DNA from: Phoronis australis
Lineage: Eukaryota > Animalia > Phoronida
Assembly: GCA_002633005.1 (NCBI GenBank)
Contig: NMRA01000528.1
Location: forward strand, 126,535-190,534
Direction of reading: 5' to 3'
Length of the DNA stretch: 64,000 bases
The notes beneath the pieces are model-generated. The model worked only from the letters and a program-made list of their open reading frames with translations, was not told the origin of the DNA and ran no database searches. How positions within the stretch are numbered: position 1 is the stretch's first letter; the number at the start of each line of letters is the position of its first letter. The position numbers and the translations under genes are program-made. This document shows positions 27,367-40,877 of this stretch, one piece after another.

Positions 27367-28504
27367 GGTGACCTTTCTAGAGCAACCTGCCATAGGGACA
27401 AGGGGTACTGAACGTGGAGCATGAAAACTAAAACATTCAAAGCATAAAACATGAAAAGTAACACCAGGTGGCGAAAACCAATACAATTTCCACCTTGATG
27501 ACATCGATGCCCGCTGGTTTTGAATGTGGTCGATGTGGGACCGATTTAAGTATCGAAGCCACCAAAAACTAGAAACATTTAACAAATAATGGAGTTTATT
27601 AAATGTTTTAGACACAAAGCATGAATAAAAGATAAAATGCCAGGCACACGACGCTCAGCAATTTCAAGACCAAATTACGACTTTTAAAAAAGGAAAACCG
27701 TGAAATAATCTCGGACAGACCGGAGATCAATAAAACCCTTATGTTGGGTCCGCTCTCGCGAGTACACCTAGACAAATATACATGAACTCTAGCAATGGAG
27801 CCGGGTAAAAGAACATCAATACAGGTGATACACTCTGGGGGGTACAACAACCGGATATATTGATCGTAAGGCCGCATTGCCCTTGATGACTAATGTTCAC
27901 GGTGGCTTGGTGATGTGCCATACTCTGGTGAGAAACGTGTTGCAACCCATAACTTCGACGGTTCACTACTCCGAAAACTACTCTGCTTTACCGTAAGCGT
28001 AAGACCTTGTCCGTGACTTTGTTTAGTACCCGTGTACCAGGACATTGGAGGATCCAGAAATTCGCAGGGAGGGGGGCCAAACCACTTTTGAAATGAAAAT
28101 GAAATGCAACTGACATATTGGCGGCGTTCTTGGGGGCCTTTGACTGTGTCCGTAGAGGGCGGGGGCAGGCCCCCTGACCCGTCCAAAAACCTGTCACCCC
28201 GAAAAATTCAAATCCTTTAAAAACTTTGTCAATGAAAAGGTTTGAAAATTTTGCACCTGTCTCACATGACGAGGGAAAACGATTTCCGGATGTTTATCAT
28301 TTGTAGATTTGTCGAAAATCTGCATTTCATAGCACTCAATTTGTTCCATGATTTTGATGACCTACAGTAGAGATTTCAATGTCCTGTTGAATTAAACGGT
28401 CCCGATAGGGACTCAATTAAGTTCTCTAAATTGACTGCGAATCTGTGGGCTTACCGTACGAAAACACTGGCTGTCCTTTCTTATGCTGTTTCAGTCTCTT
28501 AATC

Positions 28505-28670
28505 AATTGACCTATCGCCAGGCGTTTTAGTGACGGCCTAACTGACCAATCAAAACGCAGCATTCTTAACACACCTTCGTTTTCACGTCGCCATTTACCA
28601 GTTGCCGGGTAAAATTTATTGTTTGTTTGTCGACATTTCGCAAGGGGGCGGAGCTTGCAGTAGGTCAATT
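28505..28670 (+). mobile_element. MITE, copy 2
   Basis: AATTGACCTATCGC...TAGGTCAATT; shares TAACTGACCAATCA.AACGCA and GTTGCCGGGT with copy 1. Confidence 0.8.
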
Positions 28671-29302
28671 TCTTACTTTGATACAAATCGAGAGTAAACT
28701 CTACTTGGAATTCTCAATATCTTTGAAAATATGCAAGAATCTGTTTATGCAACGCCACTAATTTAAGGACCAAGCCCCTAATTATTCTACCGAATTAAGG
28801 GTTCAGTTTTTAGGTATATTATTTCATTAGTCAAAGAGAACCTTATAATAAAGTTAAAATGATGGAGAAAATGTTAACCTGTGATTAAAAAACGAAACAA
28901 AAACGTAAAAGATTCAGTAAACTTAGTGGAGTCCCTAGTTGGGGCCGTACTGTTTCATGCAACAGTGCACTTAAGTGCAGTCTTAAATACTGAACATGAA
29001 AACACAAAAAAGACAAAATGCGACTCTCTAATAACAATGTTTGTTTAATGTGAAAGGCAATAGCCTAAGTAGTTTTTAATGACAGTGTGAACATCTGCTA
29101 CAATCCCCGGGATATGCACCTCATTTTATTACAATAACCACTTTAGTCTATGTCTCTAAACACTGGAATGAGAGCACATACATTTCCAAGGGCCTGCCCG
29201 TCACATGATAACAGTTAGTTTATTGTGTATATTAATCCCTTTACTAAAGGGCAACCAATGCGACACTATGGAAAGCCACATGTTTTCTATGCAAGATTCA
29301 AA

Positions 29303-29992
29303 CCCAGTTAAAAACAAAATTTTTACTGCGCGGGCCAAAAATGAATACATCAAAACCAAAATTTTAATTTTTCCAAGAGTTAAAAACAGTCCAAAACACA
29401 CATTATTTTCACTCTGCAAGACCAAAAAGAACAACTCAACACCAAAATTTACTATGCTGTCGGAACCAAAAATTTATCATATCAGGGCCTATAATTTATC
29501 ACTCCAGGACTGAAAATTTAATATATCAGGACTAAAAAGTTATCACACCAGAAAATGATCGTGCCAAGAGACCACCTGACTATCCACAAGCACTGACGCT
29601 CAAGTGATAACGTCGCTACTTGATACTCAAGGGCTAAGCGTTTAACAATGTCTCACCGATGGCAGTCGTATGATAGTGACAGTGACGTCTCTTCCACGCT
29701 TTTTAGCAGAAACCAATGTGCACTTGGCCTTTTGGACATTAAACTTCATACGACAGAATATTACCGTGAAACATCGGAGCTTGTGAATTAGTCTCCTGGC
29801 ATGGAAACTTTCTGTCCTGGTGTCATAAATTTTCTATCCTGACGTGACAAGTTTTTGGTCCTGGGGCGACAAATGTTCGGTCCTGACGTGATAAATTTTG
29901 GTCTTGAGTTATTAGTTGGTCCAGCAGAGATTTTAGTCCTTGAATAGGAGCTGTGTGTGTCCTGAAATTTTTTCCGCTTATGTTTTAACCTC
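29303..29992. mobile_element. Degenerate element with inverted subterminal repeats (EnSpm/CACTA-like layout)
   Basis: Left arm has repeated CAGGAC / ACCAAAA motifs and right arm has repeated GTCCTG / TTTTGGT motifs; ends GTTAAAAACA / TGTTTTAAC. No TSD found. Confidence 0.45.
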
Positions 29993-32737
29993 TATTGCCC
30001 CCAAGCGTTGCAGTGAGTCACCAACAACCAATATTGATAAGATTAGGGGAAATCTATTCACAGGTCGTCTTTTCTGCAAGCCAGTAACGTACACAGTATC
30101 AGGCGTTCGAAGATGGGCCACTATCGGAATTACTTTCCCGTGCACCGAAGGTGGCACTTTTAGATTTATAGCAAATGAAACTTGAACAGAAATAGCTCAC
30201 GCCAAGAATCGTACGATGACACTTGGCTTACCTCAAAATCCAACTGATGCCTGGTGGCTCGGTAATTGGCCAAATTATGTTGCACACCCAGCAGAACTAA
30301 TGAGGAACATATTATTGGAAGGTTAGACAACCGTTTTAAGTTGTAAATGTCACATTTCTGGTCCAATTTTCAAAATTCAAAAACCTAATAACGTGTGCTT
30401 TTCACGAACTATTCAAGTATGCTACTTACAAATTTTCAAAACGAAAATTTAAAACAATACTATTGTCCCCCCCTTATGTGTTTATGATGGTCTCACTATC
30501 TACAGAACGAGGACATCAGCAGCCTGGGGTGACCTAATTAATCGCAAAAGGATTGTGTCTCTGATCTGAATCGACATAATGTTGTGTGCGTCCGTTCCAG
30601 TTGTCGAACCTCGCCCGGTGAGGGTGTCAACGTAGAATTCTTGTCACGTGACCTGTCATTTATGCTTGTGTTTCTTATCTGATCGAATCTAATTCAAAGT
30701 CGTCATTCTCTACGATCATTGTGGCAGACTTGCCAAAAGGAATTTCACGTGGACACAGTCAAAGGCCAGTTTCATAAAAAGTGACTGAAGATTTAAGACA
30801 GGAGTTTGCTCTTACGCTCCACATAACTATTTATGAAAAATAAGGAAATCTGGAAATGTGCCAGGACTCTAATAATATAGGGATAACTTTTAATTAATGA
30901 GACAACTTCTAAAACTCATTCCTTAACTGTGATACTAAACCTTTATTAATTGTCAAGTGGAATATAAAACCAATTTTTTGACTTATGAAATTCATTTTTT
31001 ATCAAACAGACCTCAGATGTAAATTTATTGAGGTCAACTAAACTAAATAACAGGTATGTGTATTTTGTTCTGTATTGTGGCCTTCAATAAATTTGCTTTG
31101 TGCAAACGCTCACAAAGGACTGCATCGCAATAAATCAATACTGCACAAGTATTGTACTCTTATGTTTGTACACTATACGTTTTGCAAAGATGCTAGAAAA
31201 TAATTGACGGGCTGTGAATATGCCAGTCTGGAGAAACTACCTAGCAAACAAGTGCTAATCCTCAATTCGAGAATCCACGCAATGGATAACATCAGTCAAG
31301 ACCATGCCAATGGCAATGGGATGCACGTTCTCGAAGATTGCTTGGGGACAGCTTTGGCTTTGTACATGTATGAAGTGTTTTACTTTACCGCCAAACTTGA
31401 TACTCGTCTTCGTGGCAGTTATTGCCTATGTCTTGTCACATTTCGCCGTATTTTGTTTTGTCACCATTCGCCCGTGTTTTGTCACGAGAAAATCCCTGCC
31501 CTCTTCGTTGACTTTTTCTTTCTACATGATGTTACGAGGGAACATCCGAACACACCATTCAATACGCTTTAGTATGAGACTCGACTGCTTGGTGACCACG
31601 TGGGACAAGGACAGGTCAGCCGACAAAACAATAACTGAAAACATTCCATTACATAAAATACATCGTTCGCTCAAACTCCGTCTCCCCCACTCCACTACAG
31701 CAATTCGTTGTGCCCGTTTCGGCACCGCCTTGGTCCAAGGTAGTTCATCGACCCCTATTTCGATTCAAGGTGTTCTATTTTGTTCTCGCGGGACGTTTTT
31801 TCGCGGAATGTGGCCAACTTCGAACTGGCCTGGGTGACGTCACTCCGTCGGCTTGATTTCACTCCCTCCGTCTTCTGTCGCGTACACAATTCATCGGGCA
31901 TGAAGCCCCGAAGTTTGCTTCACAGTCAAAGTAACGTTATAGATGTCCGTTACCAACCGAAGCCGGTACTAACGATTCAGTTAACTTCGCAGTTTGAGTC
32001 GACGCTCCGCTCAGACCGAAGTAAGTCAGTAGGAAATGGGTTAAATCACGTCAAATATTCACTCGTTTTTTACAGTTCGTCCACATGATGAAGCAGCTTG
32101 TTTGTTTGTTTTTCCTTAACCACCTAACTACGGTACACATCCTTTCATTGACAGGATTCATTTTAGAAAAATAAGTGCATCAGTCAATTGGATCAAACCG
32201 TGATTGTGAAGATCTATGGGTCATCAATTTGTGTCTGCTGTTCTTGCATTCGCGACTTTTTCTAACGTGTTTGCATGTTTTAGCTTTGCTTTTGCTTGTG
32301 TTTAACCCCCTCTACAGTGGTGTGTAGATCTACGCGTTTCTTTCATTCCTGTTTTATAGACACGTAACCGTTGGTATTCTTGTTTCCATGCCTTCCTTGC
32401 TGAGCCCGTAAACTGCTAAATTGGTACTAGAACATAGTAAGTCACAAGAGAAGACAATATATCATTTAAAATGTCATGTGGGCGGTGATAGTAAAATCTG
32501 ATTTGAACATGATTCGTAGTTACATGAGTTTTTGAACTGATTTTTGGTTGCAAAAGCCGTGTTTGATTTGTGTGAACGGGGATCGTCTTACAATTAGGTG
32601 TGTGATTAGTGTTCACGAATGTTTGACAATTGTTGTTCTGGTAGCCTGCCAATAGACTAGATAACATATACTATCTTATTGATTTTTGCATTTGCAGGTG
32701 TAAAAATGCAGGCAGCTAGTACCCAAACAGCAGCACA

Positions 32738-32890
32738 ATGGGGTGGGCTCTGAAGTCAGCATGAAGGTCTGAAATAATGACTGAAAACGTAAAGATGTTT
32801 GTGACTGATGCGTTCAACGAAGGCATGAAAACTGGTCAAAAATCAATCCAGTGAGGTGTTCTCAACAAACGAGAACTGCAGGACACAATC
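32738..32890 (+). pseudogene. DNA transposase C-terminal remnant (GWALK motif, possibly Sola3-type)
   Basis: MGWALKSA*RSEIMTENVKMFVTDAFNEGMKTGQK, then frameshift to NPVRCSQQTRTA. Resembles the GWALK...F..G..TG.K.DP tail I associate with invertebrate transposases. Contains a stop and a frameshift. Confidence 0.5.
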
Positions 32891-35314
32891 ATAGAAGTTC
32901 TGTTGGAATATCTTGAGCAGTGTCCATGTAGATCGTAATCATCAGTGTTTCTGTATTCTTGTTGTGCACCTTATGGTGTGTCTATTGCTATGAAGTAATA
33001 TTGCTAGTGAGTTTGATTCCAAGATATTTGCAGTAAAATTACTTCTCACGCTGAGAATGTCCCTTTAACTGTCGTTTCCAGGTTATTTGTATAGGTTAAT
33101 ATACAGTACAAGCCAAACGTATTCAGAAAAAATAACCCGGAATTCCTTGCCATGACGGCTGGGGCAGAAATAGAATTCTTCGTCAAAGTGGTCTTCCTCT
33201 GAGAATGAAGGGAAACAGGAAAGTTAGTATGGTGGCTAAGACATTCTGTAATTAGCCGCCGTAATAGTTATTACCAGTGATTTTTGCATTAACAGGACTA
33301 GCAATCAAGCGCGGTAAAGATTTATATTGTCTGATCAGTTTTGCCTTGTTCTGTATGACTGCATGCATGCAAGCATGCGTGTGTAGGCACATTACGGTGT
33401 CATCCCCCCCTTTTTGTCTGGCATCTGCTGCTTCATCTCCAAATCCTTGGTGAATGTGAAATTTTACAAATGAGATGACACAAGAGAGTTTTGGGATGTA
33501 TTTGACTACCACTGTGCCCCAAGTGGCAACTTTATTTCTTTATGTTCGTCTCAATGTATTACAAGGTCCTTGACAGATTTTCATGAAATTTCGCAAATAG
33601 GTTTCAGTTATGGAGACGGCCACACTTTCCCATTTCCTGGCGTCCCTACCGGTATGTACAGAAAAGTTGCCATTGAGATGAGCTCGACTGACACTGATTG
33701 TTGATTGGACGATCTCCTATCGTGCCTCCTCATGGCAATTTAGGTTTTCTTTATGTATGCCTCTACATCTACAAAGTTTCTTGATGTATTTTCGTACAAT
33801 GTGGTAAGCTTGTTTCGGCTGGATTTAGAATAATCTGTGCCACTGGTTTTCTGATGGGTGCAATCACTGTGGCGCCCGGAGTGGCAATTTGTTTACCTGT
33901 GCCGCAATATCTACAAAGTTCTTTTGATGAATCTGGGTGAAATTTGGCGTATGTTTTACATTATTGAGGAGAGTACGCCCGGCATAAATTTTAGGACATG
34001 TCTGAGTGCTGTAGGGTCCTCTAGTGGTTCTGTATCAACCAAGTATCTTGATGCATAGAATTTGGCAAATACTTGTCAAGAATATGACAGCGGTTGTCTT
34101 GTTTCAGATGAATATAATGTACGCTGCACCACCTAGTGTCTTTTATTTTATATATTACATATTAATAACACCCCTGTCAGAAGTGCAATCTTGGGCGCTT
34201 TGCGTTTCTCATGTTTTTGTATGATGTTGACAAAAATTACAGTGTGATGTAGACTATGGTTTCATTTTTACTTCTTTTGATCAATGATCTCGATCTCTGA
34301 AACTTAACATTGACAACCAGCTTTAACATCCACATTTGTATAATACACACATGCACTATAATCAATTTATAGTTGGGAAACTACATTGTCCTATTCATAG
34401 CTCGATGTCAACCACCACCAAAGGCTACATTGTACGAATTTCTGGTGTAATGAATACTGTACTGATGTGTTTTGCTGTGTAGTACAAGTTTCCATGAGTA
34501 TTAGATAATAAAACACATAACTTCACCGATACCTTACGTAAAATAATTTGACATTTTCGTAGTCTGTCTGTATTTCAAATTCGTAGCACCACTGCATGTG
34601 CCCCTTTTGAAATTCTAGATCTGCTAGTGGTTTACATCTGATGCCCAGATTAACAAATTACATTCCTAGCCCTGCATAGTATTTTTCAGGTACATCTCGA
34701 GTTCATATTGTGTTAGTGAAGTCTTATAGTCACGGCTGGAATCTTCTGGTCCATTCTCACCTGAACCTACAACGCTTCATCGAATCTACGTTTCAGTCCT
34801 TTACTTTGTAATCACCATCATTAAAAAGAAAGTCCCGGTGATGATTGTAAATACAACTGGCTGAAACGTTGCTTCAAGAACTGTTGAGTAGAGGTTGGCG
34901 AAAACATTCCTACAGAAATAGCAATAGCAATAGCCATAATTCGTTTTCCGTACATTGAATAGTTAGCCAAAATGTAGGATTTCTCAAAGGTACACGCTTG
35001 GGCCTAACCTAAAATACCAACTTTAAGCTACGTTTTATTTTAGTACAACTTGTTCATCAGAAGGTTCATTTTTACGACTCTGTAAACCCGTGCACCATCT
35101 GATGAGCAACAGAAAAATTGCTACTCGGAAGATTTACACCTTTACAGGATTAGTGCTCTCCGTGGGTCTTCAGGACTTAAAAGGTTTAGATAGCAATTAC
35201 CATTCAATCAAGTATGATTTTTGGATTGCCTCGTGTTAATATACGTTCCCATTTTTCGGAACCACTTAAGGTTATCTCCAATCTTACTTAGTGGCCTCTA
35301 TTGTAACTCGTATA

Positions 35315-37291
35315 CGGCATTTTTTCACTCAGAGTACACACTTTTTTCAGAAATGGCATTTTATGAAGTTTTAATTTAGCATTGAGACTTCTTTTATTGG
35401 ATTCCACATGACATATGGAATATCAGGTTAGATTTTTGTGAAGTATCCTCATTTAGTGTTTAAGATTTGGCCTGTTGAAATTCCAAAAATAAGAAATGTG
35501 GGCTGCGGAGAATACATCATTGGTATCGTAACATTCATGTTGGAAAAGACTTAAATCTGGCTTAGGAACAAGAAAGTTTATTACTCTGGTAACTCATGTA
35601 CTTGATCACTGAACATCAATATAAAAAACTAGGTTCACATCTGTGTGTGCTTCACAAGGTGTGAGTATACAAATGAAACATAGCAATTGTACTTAATCCT
35701 TAGGCATACTTAACACTTAACTATCATCAGAGTCACATCACTGTCAAAAGGAATGTCTAATTCCATAAACTACCATCAAAGAAGTACAGGAAAACACTTT
35801 TCGTTATCAGGAAACATTGTTTGCACAAATAAATCTCAAATAACACAGAGGTCAGTGAGGGGCTACAGAGAATACAAAATGCTAAGGTAACTATTTGTGG
35901 GAAGAAAAATACTGGAGCAATTCAGTAGAATTCATTTACTTGTCAATACTACTACTACTTCCGAATTACAGTTACAGTTGTGGTTAGAAAAAGGGGGATA
36001 ACACGGTCTTAATTTTCTTCACATTTGTGTAAATACAAAAATATAACATAATGGAAATTAGGACATACTCAGCTCTTAACTATCATCAGAGTCACATCAC
36101 TATCAATGGGATGCCTATTTCCATCAACTACTGTCAAAGAAATACAGGAAAGCACTTTTCATCATCAGGAAAACATTGAATGCATAAATCTCACATAACA
36201 CGGAGGTCATGGAGGGGGCTACGGAGAATACGAAATATGCAGATACCTGTTTATAAGTGGAACACTTGAGCAATGCATTAGAATTCATTTGCTTGTTAAT
36301 ACCAACACTTCTGAATGACCAAAGAACATCCATGTTTTATTAATAACGAGTTTAAACTGAAAAAGTAATTTTGGCTAAACTTGCCTCAAATCCCACCCAA
36401 AAATATTTTTTTAATTGTTCTTGTCTTGGAGAGATTATTTGTCTCCATTTCCTCACTAAATGCACCTAGATACAAGTTTTTTTCAAACTACCAACAATTC
36501 AAAGTTAGGGGCTACGGAGAATACAGGCTGCTACGGAGAATACGAAAGACATTTTTGCTTATGATCAATTCAAATCCAGGGCTTGGTCTAATATTTTTTG
36601 TGGGCCAAAAATAGCTTCAAGATTCCCAATGTGCAGTATCAAAAATCTTTTATTAATGGAAGAATTTAATGGAATTCAGACATGGCTACGGAGAATACAC
36701 AGTTTTTCTTAGGTGACTGTTATATTATTTGGTTGAGGAATCCAATCACTAGGACATCTAGTTCAAATATGTGGTTTCTAACTCAAATTCTATATACCTC
36801 AACCATTCAAAAACATAGTTCAAAACACTAGCAATTCTTTTCTTTTTCAGCCATGGCTGTAAGAGAAGGAGCACATGCAAATTTACGTGTTTTGCATAAC
36901 ATTGACATCATTTTGCAAGTGTGCCTGAAAATTGTGTTTGACTTTTCAGATCCCTGCAATTTTCTGAATACAAACAAGAAGTACATGTTAGAATCATGAA
37001 AAACATTAAATTTCAATTAAATGTGTAATTTAATTAAATTCCATGTGTATTAAAAACATGTAATGTTTCAGTGAAACAAAATAACGATGGGTTTCTGGCT
37101 ATTTTCAGCTATATCAAGGATTACTCTGGCCATAATTAACATTTTTTCATACTTTAAAATGCATAAATGTCATAAGTACCGGTGCTAAAACAAGATCATC
37201 ATACACATATATGCCAAAGGTGAAGGAATTCTATCAATATGATTGCATAACATAAAAAGTCAAAATTAGCACGCTGAGTGAAAAAATGCCG
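35315..37291. mobile_element. ~2-kb non-autonomous TIR element with internal tandem repeats
   Basis: TIR CGGCATTTTTT(T)CACTCAG / CTGAGTGAAAAAATGCCG; internal ~360-bp tandem units (35700-35960 similar to 36058-36310); six copies of a GGCTACGGAGAATAC-type motif. Confidence 0.75.
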
Positions 37292-39157
37292 ATATCAAAG
37301 GACTAAGCTTTGTCAACTAGTATATTTTTTCTGAAAGAAAGAAGATTAGGGAAATATGAAAATAATTTTTGTATTCATGTACCATTATTGTTTTTACTTA
37401 GAAACCTGTTTTAAGTCAAAATTTTATTTTTAAGAAAGGTCCAATCATAGCAAAATAACCCCTCGGTCGGTTTTAATGAAACTTTCTTTAAATGAAAACT
37501 TCACCAGTTACCTCAAAAATGCTGTTAGGTTTTAATTAGTCTGTTCGTTTGGTTTCTATGACAAATCAACTAGCAAAAAGGAAGGTAACTTTGTAAAAAC
37601 GGAAGTTGTATTCGTCTTTGTTACATTACGCAAAAAGTAGGCCTTTCTATCAAAAATCGTAACAATCTTTTTGAGACTGATGACTAAATGTTAAATTTGG
37701 AAAGTTTCAGCGAAATCCACCGAGCCGTTTTTGAGAACTCGTGTTCCTAAGTTCAAATGAAGTCGATTTGCCGAAGCCGAGAAAAAGCTGGGACAAGTGA
37801 AAATCTCAAAGATTTCAGCTTTCATCGTAAATTCTGAGCACCAGCCGCAAGAATCTTAATGTAATTCAGATTTCGAGCTTTGAAAAATCTTAATGATCTT
37901 GTTGACATCGTTTTTTGTTACTCATAAATGTTTAGAACTTTGTTGGTTTGTTATTCGGAGTGTGACAGTAATGGCGAACAGGACGACCGATATCAGCATG
38001 TGGGTGGTTTCAATCAAAGCATGCAGGACACACACGAATGTTTTAATATATATGTACTCTACAAAGGCTCAGCTTTCACATGTAGTATGTCACTTTTCTG
38101 AGTGATTTTGCGCCGTAAAGGAAATAACGACCGCATAAGGGCATTTCCACCAGTTACTCAACTCGACTCCGGTGGGTTGAAAAAGTAACGAAAATAGCTA
38201 ACTTGCAAATACGTTTCAATTATGATTTTTACATTTTCACGTAGACACAAGTTGTGATTATTCAGTATGTCGTTTTTAGTTTATGTTAAGTTGTCGTTCT
38301 TGCACAGTGACGCAACAAAAAATGCTAAAATTTGATGGTTTCCGAAACCATAAAAAACTAGCCAAAATTCCAAGGAGGCAAAAAACCTTTTCAATAATCT
38401 TGATTATTGGTTGAAAACTTCATCTTCATAAATGCAAAAGAGCGAGCAAAGAATTTTATTGGGCGAAGGTCGTTGAACTTTTCTGCCTACGAACACTAAT
38501 ATTCCATGAACCGGATAGAAAATTATTTGAATATCTGCACACAATACACAGGATCAGGTACTGGAAACGTTGAAAGAGGCGTATGAATACACTCGATTTG
38601 GGGGAAGACAACACAGCACACGGTGACCCGCGGCCATTTGTGGCCGGGCCAGTGAACTTTCATATATAGGCCACATATGGACGTGGTCTCACATTCAAAT
38701 AACTGACCCGGCATGCCCGATTACATTTATTTGCTGAAGGTCGAACACTGTGTGAGAAGTGTTCCGCAGAAGCTGCTGTATTCTACATACAAGTGCCACT
38801 GCGCTTTCTCTTTGCCACATTCTGTTTGCACAGCAATCGACTCCATATGCTCTACTATTATGGGAATAGCACCAAAATAATTAAAGTCGTGAAAGTGTCC
38901 ACTGACATTGTAAACAGATACCACGGACGTGTGTTCAACCAATTCTGTGTACGTGAGAACCGGCAGCTTCCAACCTACTCTGAGTGTATTCACTTGTTTA
39001 ATTGCTTCAAAATCAGACAAACAGCCCGTTTTTTTTAATAGTTTAATTTGATAATTAAGAGTGTAAAAAGTGAACACAAGGTCCAAATTCACTCATATTT
39101 TGGCGGTTAAAGAGTGGTGAAGAGGACCCTGTCCCCAAAATAAGTCAATGCACTTAC

Positions 39158-39338
39158 CTAGAGTTCCGGGATGTTCGAGACAAAGCGGTAAGATATTTGC
39201 GACAGGACGAAGAATCTCCGACTTTACCGCGCAATGATCCACGTTTCTTACGTATGTGTACATGTACATAAATGCTATAAAGCCGAGGGTTAAATAAGAA
39301 CATAGTATCGGCCGGCATGCTGATTTGCGAGCTTTCAT
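39158..39338 (-). CDS. GT7 beta-1,4-galactosyltransferase / beta-1,4-N-acetylgalactosaminyltransferase (bre-4-like), exon 1: cytoplasmic tail, transmembrane segment, short stem
   Basis: ATG at 39338. MKARKSACRP-ILCSYLTLGFIAFMYMYTYV (basic tail plus hydrophobic TM, type II Golgi topology), ending PLCLEHPGTL, which resembles B4GALT1 PACPEESPLL. Donor G|GTAAGT at 39158/39157, phase 1, matches exon 2. Confidence 0.85.
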
Positions 39339-40877
39339 GGTGACAGCACTACCGTCAATGACAAGGTTGCTGTTCTCGCAAAAGGTATTCAGTCAACTAT
39401 CGTTGACCGCGATTAGAAAGCGAGACGGGCACGTGCTTCACTTGCTTGGATCACATGCCTACTACTACATAAACTTCCATATGTGATGTCAAATTACTAG
39501 CGTTAATCACGAACGTTATCAAAGAACATAAAATTCGAACGAAATTTACGAACGGAATTTCGAGCGACTCCGTGCTACACCTAACGTTACTCGACTGAGG
39601 GATTTACTGCCAAAAGGTGGCACTGCTACTCATTTAATAACGGTACTGAGCACACCGTGCTCCGCGGAAAGTGCGACCATAGGGAAGCACTTGATCAAGG
39701 TAGCCCAAACTGACATATTAAAAAAGAGGTATGCTCCAACAAACTTTATAAAGCTTTCTCGAACTTCAGTAAGTTAATACACAATTTTCTAGTGACTGCT
39801 CTACATGAGCAGCGGGCAAATGATGATTAAACAAGTCTCATTCTTTGTCAATATTCACAGAAAAGCAATTTCTCCGACTACTTTTGATTGTCAAAATCAT
39901 CTAGCAGACATTGCTGTTTGGGGTACGATAATCGAGATTTTAAGTCTCACGTTTTTTGGCCAAATGTGTTAATGCTATAATGTTTCGTACGAACATATTC
40001 TGAGGTTTTCCTCACCCGACATTGATTGATTTCCTCCATGAATAGTTATCAGGGCACCTCCAAGAGCGAGCCCCATTTGGGAGGGGTCCCTTATTATGAA
40101 AAGCATGCTGGCAAAATACTCCTTTGCGAAAGTCTATATCATTCAAAACAAATTGAAAATGAGTCCCTGTTGATTCTATGAATAGATCACCCCCATCCAC
40201 CCTCGGGTTTCCCTACTTAACATAGAAGGGAGTAAAATTGCTCAAAACCAAGAAAATGAAGGCAAATGATTCCATGACAGGGGCTTCCTCCGTAAGTGTA
40301 CCCTTAAAATATGTAAATGAGAAAGACGGGATAAGGGACGCCATGTATGCCATCTCTGAGCTTATTCCAGTAGCTAGAATTTACCGGAATTGTAAATCAA
40401 ACGGTGCGTATCTTTAATGGATTTCTTTAAAGTACAGTACGTGCAAATAAGGGCACGTTTTCAAGTGAGCGTTAACAATCCATACTGCAAGATATTTAAA
40501 TACCAGCCAGGGACCTTTGTCATGAAACATGATTTAGAATTTTGGTCTTACGTTCCTCCCAGCCATTTCTGGAAATATTCTCCTTTGAGCAAAACCGAAT
40601 TCTTTAGAAAGTATATATGTAACCGTTAGGTATTGAGGTAATTGATGTTAATTGTTTTTACAATGTGATGCAATCATAATTAATTGACTGAACCTTTTTC
40701 AGCATTGTAAAAAGTAGGGGAGTAACTCCAAATTGCTGTTTTAAATTTTAAGTCACTTTCCAGGCCCGAAGCCAGCATTGCGCGGGGATTGGTTCGAATT
40801 TCAAGAACGGTGTACCTTTGATATTTTGCAAACGTCGACACTGTAGAGTTCTCGGCAAAGCCCTTGACGCAGCTTAA

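Noticed and set aside
31204-32088. Cluster of overlapping 100-177 aa ORFs in intron 1 (nested gene or stem exon?)
   Set aside because: No recognisable motif in any frame I translated and no convincing splice pair; minus frames contain stops.
35501-36700. CRISPR-like repeat-spacer array
   Set aside because: Eukaryotic context, irregular 20-360 bp spacing, homologous spacers and no cas genes; it lies within a TIR element.
38714-39092. B-box-like CEKCSAEAAVFY and overlapping ORFs next to exon 1
   Set aside because: The remaining Cys/His ligands of a B-box are missing and there is no splice support.
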